Notes under the pieces: generated by a model
Told to the model about the DNA's origin: nothing
Seen by the model: the letters and a program-made list of their open reading frames with translations, nothing else
The model's database searches: none
Part shown: positions 50,886 to 61,154 of the stretch, piece by piece
Numbering within the stretch: position 1 is the first letter of the stretch
Layout of the letters: every line of letters starts with the position of its first letter
Position numbers and translations under genes: made by a program
From: Bacteroidales bacterium
GTDB lineage: Bacteria > Bacteroidota > Bacteroidia > Bacteroidales > WCHB1-69
Length of the DNA stretch: 64,000 bases
Direction of reading: 5' to 3'
Assembly (NCBI GenBank): GCA_045598105.1
Contig: JAZLLK010000049.1
Location: 38,072 to 102,071 of the forward strand

Positions 50886-52226
50886 ATGAAAAACTTCATC
50901 GTAACATTGTTAGCAGTAGCTATGTGCATAGGTAGCATAGCAAACGAACGTTCCTACAAGGTAGGAAACGTAAGTAAGCACGTAAAGTATTTATCGGGTC
51001 ATTCCTGTGCCGGTCGTCAGGCAGGAACTGCCGGGTTTAAAAGGTCGGTAGAGTATGTTTCCGCCGGTTTTGAAGCCGGAAAATTACTCCCGTTGTCGTA
51101 TAATTACACTAATGAGGTGCCCATGTCTGTAGCAGAAGTGAGCGAAGCTGACGTTAATATTCATTGTGACAATCAAAACATTAATTATCAGTGGGGTTTT
51201 GATTTTGTGGTAATGAATTTTTCAGGTTCTAAAAATGTATATGCGCCCATGGTTTTTTGCGGTTATGGATTGGATATGACATTCTATAGTGATTATGCCG
51301 AAGTGGATGTAGAAGGCAAAGTAGCCGTTATTATGGAAGAAATTCCTTCATTTTTGCGTAGCAGGGTGCCTGAATTATATAAAACACTCTATAGCAGAGC
51401 ACTCAATGCCAAGTTAAAGGGTGCTGTAGGTGTTATGTTTGTGGCAGACTATGTGTATTTTGATGAGCACATAGCTCCTGATATGACAGCTGATACCCTT
51501 CAGCTTATGTGTGATATGCCTATAGTGCGTATTACTTACGAACAGGGTGAAAAGTTATTACAAAATGAAGAAGATGAACTTCCAATAGTGCTGAACACTA
51601 TTCGTCTTACCCGTGATTCCAAGTCGTTTGATATGCGTAGCATGGCCAAAATAGACGTAGAAAAAAAGTACGTGCAGCACTCTGTTACTAAGGATGTATA
51701 TGCTCAGGTAAAAGGTACCGATAGTGAAGACAGCTCTTTTATATTGGTAGTAGCTAATTTGGACCATGTAGGCATGCAGAATAATAAAACATTCTCATGT
51801 ATGAATGATGATGTGTTTGCCGCCTCACTACTTATGGAGTTGGCCAGAGTGTATGGTCAAAATCCTCAAAGAAAAACCATAGTATTTGCGCTTAATGGTA
51901 TGTCTCAGCCTAATGATGATGTAGCTTTGATGCTCCAGCGTATGCCTAATCAATCGTGTGAAGCGGTATTATATTTGCACAATATTTGCTATAATACAAG
52001 TGTTACCATACAAGGTAATCAATTGGCTGAAGGTAGCATGCAAGCATCGGGTGTAAATTATACATGTAATGATAATTTATTCACCGAATCGTTGTCATGC
52101 AAGCAAATATTAATGGGTAGCACCTCTAATAATAATTATGTGCCCTCTATTAAAACCGTTACAAACGAGCAGTACGAGTTGGCCTTGCAGGTAGCTGATA
52201 ACATGATACAAGCATTGTCAAAATAA
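50886..52226 (+). CDS. M28-peptidase/PA-domain homolog, apparently lacking several metal ligands
   Basis: HVKYLSGHSCAGRQAGTAGFKRSVEYV N-domain and a PA-like insert. The core reads VVANLDHVG, MNDDVFAASLLMELAR and FALNGMSQPND where I expect AHYDH, GADDNASG and EE(x)GL. Confidence 0.6.
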   Translation: MKNFIVTLLAVAMCIGSIANERSYKVGNVSKHVKYLSGHSCAGRQAGTAGFKRSVEYVSAGFEAGKLLPLSYNYTNEVPMSVAEVSEADVNIHCDNQNINYQWGFDFVVMNFSGSKNVYAPMVFCGYGLDMTFYSDYAEVDVEGKVAVIMEEIPSFLRSRVPELYKTLYSRALNAKLKGAVGVMFVADYVYFDEHIAPDMTADTLQLMCDMPIVRITYEQGEKLLQNEEDELPIVLNTIRLTRDSKSFDMRSMAKIDVEKKYVQHSVTKDVYAQVKGTDSEDSSFILVVANLDHVGMQNNKTFSCMNDDVFAASLLMELARVYGQNPQRKTIVFALNGMSQPNDDVALMLQRMPNQSCEAVLYLHNICYNTSVTIQGNQLAEGSMQASGVNYTCNDNLFTESLSCKQILMGSTSNNNYVPSIKTVTNEQYELALQVADNMIQALSK

Positions 52227-52232
52227 TAATAG

Positions 52233-52946
52233 ATGTCTGCAATATTTCAGTTTAAGCAGTTTGCGGTTACACACGATAAGTCCACCATGAAAGTGGGTAC
52301 TGATGCTATGTTATTAGGAGCATGGGCTCGCATACCAAGCTCCTGTAGCCTGGCATTGGATATAGGTACAGGTAGCGGTGTGGTGGCATTAATGATAGCC
52401 CAGCGATGTAAGGCTGAAATATGTGGAGTAGATATACATGGTGCTTCCATAGAGCAGGCTGTGGATAATGCAATATGCTCACCGTGGGCTTCCAGAATGC
52501 ATTTTAAGCAAGGTGATATACGTGAAGTGGATTCGTACATGCGACATACATTTCAGCTTATAGTGTCCAATCCTCCATTTTTTAATGATTCATTGCATTC
52601 GCCTCAGCCGAGTAGAAATATAAGTAGGCATACCGATACGCTTACGTATGCCGAATTGGCATACGCAGTAAGTGAGTTATTAGCTGTAAATGGTACATTC
52701 AATGTAATATTGCCTGCCGATACAGCCTGCCTTATGGAGCAAAATATGCTGCATTATGGCTGCTATTTGCATAGAAAGTGCGTGGTATATCCCAAGCAGG
52801 GTAAGCCTGCGCATCGCGTGCTTATGGAATATGGTAACTATAAACTTGAAAAGGTAGTGCATGAAAGCTTGTGCATACGTAGCAGTGGTGGAGATTATAC
52901 TATGGAATATCGCTTGTTAACACAAGATTATCATATTATATTCTAA
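52233..52946 (+). CDS. tRNA1(Val) (adenine37-N6)-methyltransferase (YfiC/TrmN6-like)
   Basis: FQFKQF...V.HD N-terminus, the DIGTGSGVVALM SAM loop, and NPPFF. Confidence 0.8.
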   Translation: MSAIFQFKQFAVTHDKSTMKVGTDAMLLGAWARIPSSCSLALDIGTGSGVVALMIAQRCKAEICGVDIHGASIEQAVDNAICSPWASRMHFKQGDIREVDSYMRHTFQLIVSNPPFFNDSLHSPQPSRNISRHTDTLTYAELAYAVSELLAVNGTFNVILPADTACLMEQNMLHYGCYLHRKCVVYPKQGKPAHRVLMEYGNYKLEKVVHESLCIRSSGGDYTMEYRLLTQDYHIIF

Positions 52947-53071
52947 CGGATTGAAATGTGAGTGCTCAAGTATAGTTAAAGTGCTAACATATACAATTAT
53001 TGCCGTAAGGAGTCATGGTGCTAATGAGCATATTGTCCTATAGCAATGTCTTTTTAGATGTGTATATAACT

Positions 53072-53117
53072 AAGCCGGATAAAATGCCTGTATCGGCAAG
53101 TTTATCCGGCTTTTTTT
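53072..53117 (+). terminator. Terminator between trmN6 (+) and the C10 peptidase gene (-)
   Basis: 12-bp stem AAGCCGGATAAA / TTTATCCGGCTT with an inner TGCC/GGCA stem, and a T-run on the plus strand. Confidence 0.8.
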
Positions 53118-53134
53118 GCTTTAGTTGTTATATA

Positions 53135-55255
53135 CTATTGTATTGTTACTTTGCGGGTAGTGGTACCGTTAGAAGTGTTTATTTTCAATAAATACATACC
53201 TTTTGCCATATTGCTTACATTAATAGTTGCCCGGCTATTATTAGTAGTGGTTACTGCGACCTGTTCACCCAATACATTGTAGAGGGTAAGGGTGGCGTTT
53301 TCACCATTAATGGTGTTTACATTTATGTGAAGTAGGCTGTTGGCGGGGTTAGGATATACATTTATGGAACCGAAACCGGCGTTGGCTTCGTTAATGTTTA
53401 CATTGTCTATCCATTCTATTTCCCAACCGGTACCGGTTTCATAGTTATCGGATAGGAATTTTACATATACAGCATTGGAATTTACTACATATATGGAATC
53501 CAATGTCGGTTTTTTATCGTTAGAGAAGCGGTATTGGCCATGAGTAGGGTATTTCATTTGAGCGCCTACGGAGCTGCCCTGACGCATTAGTTCTATCATA
53601 TCCCCCTGACCAAGGTCGAATTTTTTGAATATAATGCCTACCTGTTCGGGAGCGGTAGAAGGAGCTATAGTCCAGTAGCATGAAATATCTTTATCATATT
53701 GGGCGCCTTCGCTACCATTGGTAATAGAGCCACAGGCGGCTGTTTGTTTGGTAGGATTGGTAGAGGTGGAGCAGTATCCTTTAGATTGTTTGGTAGAGGT
53801 GTAGGTAAAGCGGAATCCTTCACGGGTAGAGTCACTATTGGTGGTGAAGGTAATAAAGGCTTCGTTACCTGAAATATTGCATGTGGTACCTTTGTTTACG
53901 TCACCTGAGTAGGTGGCTTTTAGTTTGGACTCGTCAGCGCAGTTGCCTTGGTATATTTTTACTACGTCATAGCCCATTTCGGTAGCCAATGCTGCTACTG
54001 TAAGGGTGATGGAGGTAGTATTTTCACCCGGTGATATCAGCCATGAGCAGTTGGTATTGTTTCTATAGTTGATACGGCAACTTCCATCGTCAAATGATCC
54101 GTTGGAGGCGGTAAGTGTTTTGGTGCCGGTGAAAAAGTTGGTGGTATCGGTGCGGGGGCGTATGCCGAATATACCCATATTGTTCAGCGTATAGCCGTCC
54201 ATATTGCTAATGGCGAAAAAAGAGTTATTGTAGCCGCCCCATCCCCAATTAATGTGGAGGTAGTCGTTAGCATCGTAACCATCGCATATAAAGGCGTGGC
54301 CGGCGTGAACGCCGCTACCGCCATTATTGGCGCTATAGTATACAGGACAATTTTGGTCTATTTCTTCTTTTAACATTTTTATCCATTCCGTATCATTGTA
54401 TCCGCTTTTGCTTTTGGCATTGGTAGTAGTGGAATATAGGAATCGGCCTCTTAAGGCTGTAACCACATTGGCTGATTGGCTGCCGGATCCGTCAGGACCA
54501 TAGTCCATTTCTACCGATACACCGCAATGGTATATAAGGCGAGCTACAGCATCGTTATAATTGGTAACATCATCGGTCATGGCATTATAATTATAGGTAG
54601 TAGCACCATAATTGGCTGTTTGCTTGCCATATTGTTCCGATATGTATGAGCTGATACCATAGCCGTTTTGAGGATAGCGGTGATAGTATATAATTTGAGC
54701 CATGGCTACTGCTACGCAGCCGTTAGGGGTGTGAAAATCGTAACCGTTTGGAGCGTCTATTTCATCGGGACATAATGAATTGTAGTATTTATCCTGATTC
54801 CATTCGCTAGTGAGCAGTATTTTGCTGGTTCCATTGGCTTTTTGTACTTTGTTGGTTGCAAGGTTAGCCCATTCTTTGGCTACCTGTTCGTCAGCAGGTA
54901 AATTTTGACGGCGTATGTCTGATATTTTATGCTCGTACATGCTTACAAAGTCATCACATGCGGGTATTTTATTCAATATATATTCATTGGTGAGGGAGTA
55001 GCCTAATATGGGGTTCATGCGATTATCGGCAGCTACCAATACAAAACCACCATTGGTGAAGTTGATGACATAATATACAGGTTCATTATCGGCATTGCAC
55101 TTGGATTGTACATTGGCAATAGAGGTAGAGTGGTTGCGGTCCATAGCTTTTATGTGATTTTGAGCTATGGTTGTAGCGGTGTTTACGTCAACGTGTTGAC
55201 CAAAAACAAAAGCCGCTATTAACAGCATGCTTAATGTTAAACCTAACTTTTTCAT
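53135..55255 (-). CDS. C10-family (streptopain-like) cysteine peptidase with propeptide, two CUB-like domains and a T9SS sorting domain
   Basis: Catalytic Cys context PNGCVAVAMAQIIYYH, His context AGHAFICDGY, and WGWGG. Two C-x-W-x-I...(Y/I)xxG modules. C-terminus VYPNPANSLLHI...GMYLLKINTSNGTTTRKVTIQ. Confidence 0.85.
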   Translation of the reverse strand: MKKLGLTLSMLLIAAFVFGQHVDVNTATTIAQNHIKAMDRNHSTSIANVQSKCNADNEPVYYVINFTNGGFVLVAADNRMNPILGYSLTNEYILNKIPACDDFVSMYEHKISDIRRQNLPADEQVAKEWANLATNKVQKANGTSKILLTSEWNQDKYYNSLCPDEIDAPNGYDFHTPNGCVAVAMAQIIYYHRYPQNGYGISSYISEQYGKQTANYGATTYNYNAMTDDVTNYNDAVARLIYHCGVSVEMDYGPDGSGSQSANVVTALRGRFLYSTTTNAKSKSGYNDTEWIKMLKEEIDQNCPVYYSANNGGSGVHAGHAFICDGYDANDYLHINWGWGGYNNSFFAISNMDGYTLNNMGIFGIRPRTDTTNFFTGTKTLTASNGSFDDGSCRINYRNNTNCSWLISPGENTTSITLTVAALATEMGYDVVKIYQGNCADESKLKATYSGDVNKGTTCNISGNEAFITFTTNSDSTREGFRFTYTSTKQSKGYCSTSTNPTKQTAACGSITNGSEGAQYDKDISCYWTIAPSTAPEQVGIIFKKFDLGQGDMIELMRQGSSVGAQMKYPTHGQYRFSNDKKPTLDSIYVVNSNAVYVKFLSDNYETGTGWEIEWIDNVNINEANAGFGSINVYPNPANSLLHINVNTINGENATLTLYNVLGEQVAVTTTNNSRATINVSNMAKGMYLLKINTSNGTTTRKVTIQ

Positions 55256-55292
55256 TTTTTTCTTTTTTTTGATTAAAACGGATTTTGTCGAC

Positions 55293-55328
55293 TAAAAAAA
55301 AGATTGGCACTAAGGTGCCAATCTTTTG
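55293..55328 (-). terminator. Terminator after the Asp-box protein gene, 45 nt upstream of the C10 peptidase ATG
   Basis: Perfect 10-bp stem AGATTGGCAC / GTGCCAATCT with a 4-nt loop and a U8 tail on the minus strand. Confidence 0.85.
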
Positions 55329-55344
55329 TATGTATTTTCATGTA

Positions 55345-58191
55345 TTATTTTTGTACTACTAATTTAATAGATTTATTGTCATTGGCTGTGCGGAGGTTAA
55401 TAATGTATATACCGTTTGCCATGTTAGAGCAATCTATGTTTTCGGTATAAGTGCCTGCTGTCATGGTGCCCATGTTTTTGGTGCTTACCATTCTGCCGGT
55501 AATGTCATATACATTAATATTTACCTGTTCATCGCTTGCTAATTCAAATGCTAAAGTAGCCATATTGTGGGTGGGGTTAGGATATACCATTAAGTGGTTT
55601 TCCTGCATTTGTTGTGAAGCAAAGTGATTTTCTTCTATAGCATTGAAGTAGGTACTGTCAATGAATATGCCCAAACCATGAGTAGCAGCGTAGATATTAC
55701 CGTAGTTAGATACGCCGGGGAATGCTATTTTTACGCTTGAACCATCAGCGGAATAGGTGATAGATTGGTTGTTAGGGAAGTATTGGTTTTGTTGTGCCAA
55801 CTTGAATACGGGTATTTTTACATTAATACCATTATTATAGAGTGTCCATGTAGGCATGGAGGAAGTGAAGTTTTCGGTTTTATATATACCTACTTCTGTG
55901 CCCAAATAGGCTATGTCAGAGTTGGAGCATTCTACTAATGTAGTGTAAACAGCTACATTTTCAGGAATACCTTCACCTTCTTTTATTTCTTCTATTACGG
56001 TGCTTTCATCAGCGGTAAGAGCATTGGTAATAGCATTGATACGATAGTAACCCAATCCGTCACCATTGGTGGTGTATATTAAGGTATTGTTGTCTTGAGG
56101 ATCTAATGCTATAGATAATACATCCACACCTGATATTTCGGTTAACAGGGGAGTGGTGGTTAACATACGGCGGTCATTGTCGGTGGTAAAAGCAGCTTCA
56201 GGGTCATATACGTGTTTTGATACGTCTATTTGCTCGGGAGTGCGGTATTGGTCAAAACCGGATACTCTATATATGGCGTAGTTAGCCAAATTACCTACAT
56301 ATTTGCGGGTGAGTATGAATAAGTCATTACCATCATTGCTAACCTTGATATCCATGGCCTGTTCGGTAGAGTCATTGGTACGGAATATACATATGAATTC
56401 AGGTGTGTGTGAAAAATCCAAAGCCTGAGTTGTCATATACACGGGAGCACCTACAGCTATATTGGAGCCTTTGGCATATTTGTGAGGACCGCCGCCTATG
56501 AATAAGCGGGAGGTGATAATATCTTGAACTTTAATGGTGTCTTCATTACGGTTCAGTGTTTTGGAGCCGGTATACACATAGTGGATAGGGTAGTTATTAC
56601 GTTGGCTTTTTACGCAAATGGTATCACCTGTATTGTATGTTTTGTCTATAATGAATTCCACGCTGTCTATGCTGTTAAGGTCATTTATTGATTCCCACAT
56701 AACCATAGGAGTAACTCTGGCATCACAATAGTTTTTGGTCATATTGTTTTCATCAGGGTGCCAACGGGGGTATTTACCGCTTTTAGCCATAATGGTGGAT
56801 ATTTCTTCATTATTGCCGAACCATTCTACAGGTGTTTGGGCATCACTGTTAGCACTGGCCTGACGATAGCAGTAACCATAGTATCCGGTGTAGAACAAAG
56901 CTTCGGTTTTAATATAAGAGAATATAGCGTTACCGCCGTCACCTTGAGGGGTGCTTATTTCATTAGCATGCTTGGTGGTGCTGCGAGGATTAGCCAAATA
57001 GGCTATACCGCCGTTTTTCACACCGCTCATAAAACGTCCGTCATTAGCTATAGCCAATGTATAGGCCTGCATAGTGGCAAAGTAGTTGTTTTTGGCAGCC
57101 CATGCACCATCATTTGATGATTTAAGTATACCGTTTTGGGTGCAAAGGTATTTGTCATCACCACTTATTACAAAATCATATAAATATATGGTAGAACTGA
57201 TGCTGTTCCAGTTGAAATAATTTTCGGCACTGTACTCTTTACCTGCATAGAAAGCTCTGCCACCCACAAATATGGTAGTGGAATCTTTAGGGTCCACTAT
57301 TATTTGGTTGCAGGCTATACCTGAAGTACCGCCTATAGGGTCAATTAAGCCGCCAATGGGGCAAATACTTCTCCAAGTAGCACCGGCGTCTTTGGATTGA
57401 TATACACCATAGAACATGCCATTAGAATCAGCTAATAATGCGTATACCATGGTGGGGCAGGTGGGAGCTACGGCCAAACTTATTCTGGCGGCATTCGTTG
57501 GAAGTTTGGTTTTACTGCATACCGAAGTGAATGTTTTACCTGCATCGGTAGAAATAAATGCGTCAGCTTTACCGGCTGCATTACAATATGTTACCACATC
57601 GCCAATTACGTTTACGTCAGTACATTTAACTGCATTGCCTATAGCTGTAAATGATGTGCCGTTGTCTGCCGATACCTTTAAGCCTTCTGAGGTAGCTACA
57701 TATAATTTATTATTAGCGGCATCGTAGGCCATGGCATTTACGGCTTCCCATTCTTCCGTATTGGCTAACTGGGTAAAACTGGCACCGCCATCGGTGGATT
57801 TATACAAACCATCACCTTTAAGGCCATAATTGCTATATGCATTGGTAACACCGGGAGTTGCAAAACCGGAAGCACCGGGTATTAATCCGTCACCTGTGCC
57901 TACATATAATGCACCGCTATTATCCTGAGCTATGGCAGCTACAGCAGCTGAACCGTTAAAAGCTGCATTTCGGGCCCATGTGGAACCACCATTACTTGAT
58001 ACCCATAAGCCGCTACCGGCAGCACCGGCATAGAGCTTTAATGAGTTATCTTTATCCACACACACGGTGAGTGTACGACCTGATATGTTTGCCGGACCTA
58101 TGGACGTCCAACCATTACCTGTTTTTTGTGCCATACTGCTGAGCACAATACATAAGGACATACCTAATAAAATGTACTTACTTGTCTTCAT
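55345..58191 (-). CDS. BNR/Asp-box repeat (sortilin/VPS10-like beta-propeller) protein with a T9SS sorting domain
   Basis: At least six S-x-D-x-G-x-(T/S)-(W/F)-like boxes (SSNGGSTW, STDGGASF, SADNGTSF, STDAGKTF, SKDAGATW...). C-terminus VYPNPTHNMATL...GIYIINLRTANDNKSIKLVVQK. Confidence 0.8.
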   Translation of the reverse strand: MKTSKYILLGMSLCIVLSSMAQKTGNGWTSIGPANISGRTLTVCVDKDNSLKLYAGAAGSGLWVSSNGGSTWARNAAFNGSAAVAAIAQDNSGALYVGTGDGLIPGASGFATPGVTNAYSNYGLKGDGLYKSTDGGASFTQLANTEEWEAVNAMAYDAANNKLYVATSEGLKVSADNGTSFTAIGNAVKCTDVNVIGDVVTYCNAAGKADAFISTDAGKTFTSVCSKTKLPTNAARISLAVAPTCPTMVYALLADSNGMFYGVYQSKDAGATWRSICPIGGLIDPIGGTSGIACNQIIVDPKDSTTIFVGGRAFYAGKEYSAENYFNWNSISSTIYLYDFVISGDDKYLCTQNGILKSSNDGAWAAKNNYFATMQAYTLAIANDGRFMSGVKNGGIAYLANPRSTTKHANEISTPQGDGGNAIFSYIKTEALFYTGYYGYCYRQASANSDAQTPVEWFGNNEEISTIMAKSGKYPRWHPDENNMTKNYCDARVTPMVMWESINDLNSIDSVEFIIDKTYNTGDTICVKSQRNNYPIHYVYTGSKTLNRNEDTIKVQDIITSRLFIGGGPHKYAKGSNIAVGAPVYMTTQALDFSHTPEFICIFRTNDSTEQAMDIKVSNDGNDLFILTRKYVGNLANYAIYRVSGFDQYRTPEQIDVSKHVYDPEAAFTTDNDRRMLTTTPLLTEISGVDVLSIALDPQDNNTLIYTTNGDGLGYYRINAITNALTADESTVIEEIKEGEGIPENVAVYTTLVECSNSDIAYLGTEVGIYKTENFTSSMPTWTLYNNGINVKIPVFKLAQQNQYFPNNQSITYSADGSSVKIAFPGVSNYGNIYAATHGLGIFIDSTYFNAIEENHFASQQMQENHLMVYPNPTHNMATLAFELASDEQVNINVYDITGRMVSTKNMGTMTAGTYTENIDCSNMANGIYIINLRTANDNKSIKLVVQK

Positions 58192-58269
58192 TCTTTGTTA
58201 TTATTAATTATCTAATACTTTATCAATCAATATGTTCGGTAAAAACACACTTCTACCATTTACACGATG

Positions 58270-58277
58270 CAAAGATA
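58270..58277 (-). promoter_or_regulatory. -7 box TATCTTTG for the Asp-box protein gene
   Basis: CAAAGATA on the plus strand, 79 nt upstream of the ATG at 58191. Confidence 0.55.
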
Positions 58278-58514
58278 CATTATTATTCTATGCAATACAC
58301 ATTTTTTTTATTTTTTTTTCAAATAGTTGAATGTCACTATTATAAATACCGTAGGAAAAAATGAAAATGAAATTATTAAAACTGCCTTTTTGTCGTGAAA
58401 AAGGTACGCATGAAAGATGAATTCGGACATTATGTCATAAAAATGAGGGTTGGAACAGGTTTTGATAAATGGTGTTATGTGCAATTAACAAATAAAACAG
58501 AAAGGAAAAAAAAC

Positions 58515-61118
58515 ATGAATTTTGACAAATTTACCGTAAAAACGCAAAATGTAATAGCGCAAGCTGAACAAATGGCCATACAAAAGCATCATCAACTGGT
58601 TGACAATGCCCATATATTGGCCTGTATGATAGCAGAAGAAGGCGATGTGTGCACTTGGCTTATTAAAAAATGTGGTGCCAATGTAGCAACGTTAAAGACT
58701 TGTGCCGATAAGGGAATAGCCTCCATGCCTCAGGTGGAGGGCAATAATAATATGTATTTGTCGCAAAACGCCATAAAAATGTTGCAGCAGGCCATAGCTG
58801 CAGCCTCATCTATGCATGACGATTATGTATGCGAAGAGCATTTGTTATTGGCCATGGTGCAGGGCAGTGATAATACGGCATCTATGCTGAAGGATGCCGG
58901 TGTGAACAGTAAAATGTTACAGCAGGCCATAGCTGAAATGCGTAAGGGAAGCAAGGCATCATCGCCTCATGCCGAGGCCTCATACAATGCTTTGAACAAA
59001 TACGCCCGTAATTTGAATGATTTGGCCCATAAAGGCAAGCTGGATCCCGTGATAGGGCGTGATGAAGAAATAAGGCGGGTGTTGCAAATATTGTCACGTC
59101 GTACTAAGAATAACCCCATACTTATAGGCGAACCCGGTGTGGGTAAAACCGCCATAGCCGAAGGCCTGGCACACCGTATAGTGGAAGGTGATGTGCCCGA
59201 AAACCTTAAAACCAAGCAGGTGTACTCGTTGGATATGGGTGCATTGGTGGCAGGAGCCATGTACAAAGGAGAGTTTGAAGAAAGGCTGAAGAGTGTGATA
59301 AAGGAAGTGGTAGCATCGGAGGGTGAAATTATATTGTTTATTGACGAAATACACACGCTGGTAGGTGCCGGAGGTGGCGAAGGTGCCATGGATGCCGCCA
59401 ATATACTCAAGCCGGCTTTGGCACGTGGTGAACTTAGAGCCATAGGTGCTACTACTACAAGTGAATACCAAAAATATTTTGAAAAAGACAAGGCTTTGGA
59501 ACGCAGGTTTCAGGTGGTATATGTGGACGAGCCTGATGTGGAGTCGTCGGTATCGATATTGCGGGGACTTAAGGAACGCTACGAAACGCATCATCAGGTG
59601 CGTATATTAGACGAGGCTATTATAGCTGCGGTTACCTTGTCAAAGCGGTATATTACCGAGCGTTATTTGCCTGATAAGGCTATAGATTTAATAGATGAGG
59701 CTGCAGCCAAGCTTAGACTGGAAATAAATTCGGTGCCGCAGGAGTTAGACGAGATAGAGCGTAAAATACGTCAGTTAGAAATAGAGCGTGAGGCCATAAA
59801 GCGGGAAAGTGATACAGTCAAGGTGGAGCTGTTGTCGGGTAAAATTAACGAGCTTCGCTCGCAAAGAAACGGCATGTATGCCAAATGGAAAGAGGAAAAA
59901 AGCCTGGTAGATGCCATACAGCAGGCTAAAAATGAAATAGAAAGTTACCGTTTTGAGGCGGCCAAAGCCGAGCGTGACGGCGACTATGGGCGTGTAGCCG
60001 AGCTTCGCTACGGCAAAATACGTGACCGGGAGGCCGAAATAGAAAATGCTACCCGAAAATTACATCATTTGCAAGGTGATAAACCTATGATAGATGAGGT
60101 GGTGGATGCAGACGACATAGCCGAGGTGGTGGCACGCTGGACGGGCATACCCGTAAGTAAAATGATGCGTAGCGAAAAAGAAAAACTGCTGCATTTGGAA
60201 GATGAACTGCATAAAAGGGTAATAGGGCAGGAAGAGGCTATTGCTGCCATAGCCGATGCTATACGTCGCAGCCGTGCCGGCTTGCAGGATGAACGCCGCC
60301 CCATAGGTTCGTTTATATTCATGGGTACCACCGGCGTGGGTAAAACCGAATTGGCCAAGGCTTTGGCCGAATATTTGTTCAATAGTGAAGATGCCATGGT
60401 GAGAATAGATATGAGTGAATACCAGGAGGCTCACACCGTGAGTCGGCTGGTGGGTGCCCCTCCGGGATATGTGGGCTATGAAGAAGGCGGACAACTTACC
60501 GAAAAAGTACGTAGAAAACCATATTCGGTGGTGTTGTTTGATGAAATAGAAAAAGCCCACCCTGACGTGTTTAACATATTGCTGCAGGTGCTGGATGACG
60601 GCAGGCTTACCGACAACAAGGGGCGTGTGGCCGATTTTAAAAATACCATTATTATTATGACCTCTAATTTGGGTTCACACATCATAGAGGAAAACTATGA
60701 CCATGCCGATGAAGCAGATGCCGACGAACTGCAGGAAAAAACCAATAACGAGGTGATGGCATTGCTCAAAAAGACCATAAGACCCGAATTTTTGAATCGT
60801 ATAGATGAAATACTGATGTTTAAACCATTGAGTAAAAGTGAAATACGTTCTATAGTGAGCTTGCAGCTTAAAGCTATGCAGGCTCTGCTGGACAAAAACG
60901 AAATAAAGGTAAAACTTACCGACTATGCCTTGGGTGAATTGGCCGAAAAGGGGTACGATCCGCATTATGGAGCACGTCCGCTTAAAAGGGTGATACAACG
61001 AAATATTATGGACAATTTGTCAAAAATGATATTGAGCTCTAACTTTAACAAAGATAACATTATAGTAATAGATGTAATAGACGGACAGTTTGTAATGTAT
61101 GCCGAACACAAAAAATAA
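58515..61118 (+). CDS. clpB: ATP-dependent chaperone ClpB
   Basis: Starts MNFDKFTVKTQNVIAQAEQMA (Clp-N). Two AAA modules (GEPGVGKTA, GTTGVGKTE) and a coiled-coil middle domain. The 40-codon extension in the track starts at a GTG and is not family-like. Confidence 0.95.
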   Translation: MNFDKFTVKTQNVIAQAEQMAIQKHHQLVDNAHILACMIAEEGDVCTWLIKKCGANVATLKTCADKGIASMPQVEGNNNMYLSQNAIKMLQQAIAAASSMHDDYVCEEHLLLAMVQGSDNTASMLKDAGVNSKMLQQAIAEMRKGSKASSPHAEASYNALNKYARNLNDLAHKGKLDPVIGRDEEIRRVLQILSRRTKNNPILIGEPGVGKTAIAEGLAHRIVEGDVPENLKTKQVYSLDMGALVAGAMYKGEFEERLKSVIKEVVASEGEIILFIDEIHTLVGAGGGEGAMDAANILKPALARGELRAIGATTTSEYQKYFEKDKALERRFQVVYVDEPDVESSVSILRGLKERYETHHQVRILDEAIIAAVTLSKRYITERYLPDKAIDLIDEAAAKLRLEINSVPQELDEIERKIRQLEIEREAIKRESDTVKVELLSGKINELRSQRNGMYAKWKEEKSLVDAIQQAKNEIESYRFEAAKAERDGDYGRVAELRYGKIRDREAEIENATRKLHHLQGDKPMIDEVVDADDIAEVVARWTGIPVSKMMRSEKEKLLHLEDELHKRVIGQEEAIAAIADAIRRSRAGLQDERRPIGSFIFMGTTGVGKTELAKALAEYLFNSEDAMVRIDMSEYQEAHTVSRLVGAPPGYVGYEEGGQLTEKVRRKPYSVVLFDEIEKAHPDVFNILLQVLDDGRLTDNKGRVADFKNTIIIMTSNLGSHIIEENYDHADEADADELQEKTNNEVMALLKKTIRPEFLNRIDEILMFKPLSKSEIRSIVSLQLKAMQALLDKNEIKVKLTDYALGELAEKGYDPHYGARPLKRVIQRNIMDNLSKMILSSNFNKDNIIVIDVIDGQFVMYAEHKK

Positions 61119-61154
61119 ATAGAAAAAACACAGGCGTGGTAAATAAATAAATGT

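Noticed and set aside
52959-53030. Three GTGCT(A/C)A motifs that recalled the CIRCE heat-shock operator half-site (GAGTGCTAA).
   Set aside because: They are direct rather than inverted copies. No TTAGCACTC partner with 9-nt spacing exists, and they sit downstream of trmN6 rather than upstream of a chaperone gene.
58395-58514. 40-codon N-terminal extension of clpB in the ORF track (GTG start).
   Set aside because: ClpB family proteins begin at the MNFDKFT... Clp-N domain, and the extension has no family counterpart. I could not find a TAnnTTTG box for clpB anywhere in 58280-58514, so its promoter remains unassigned.
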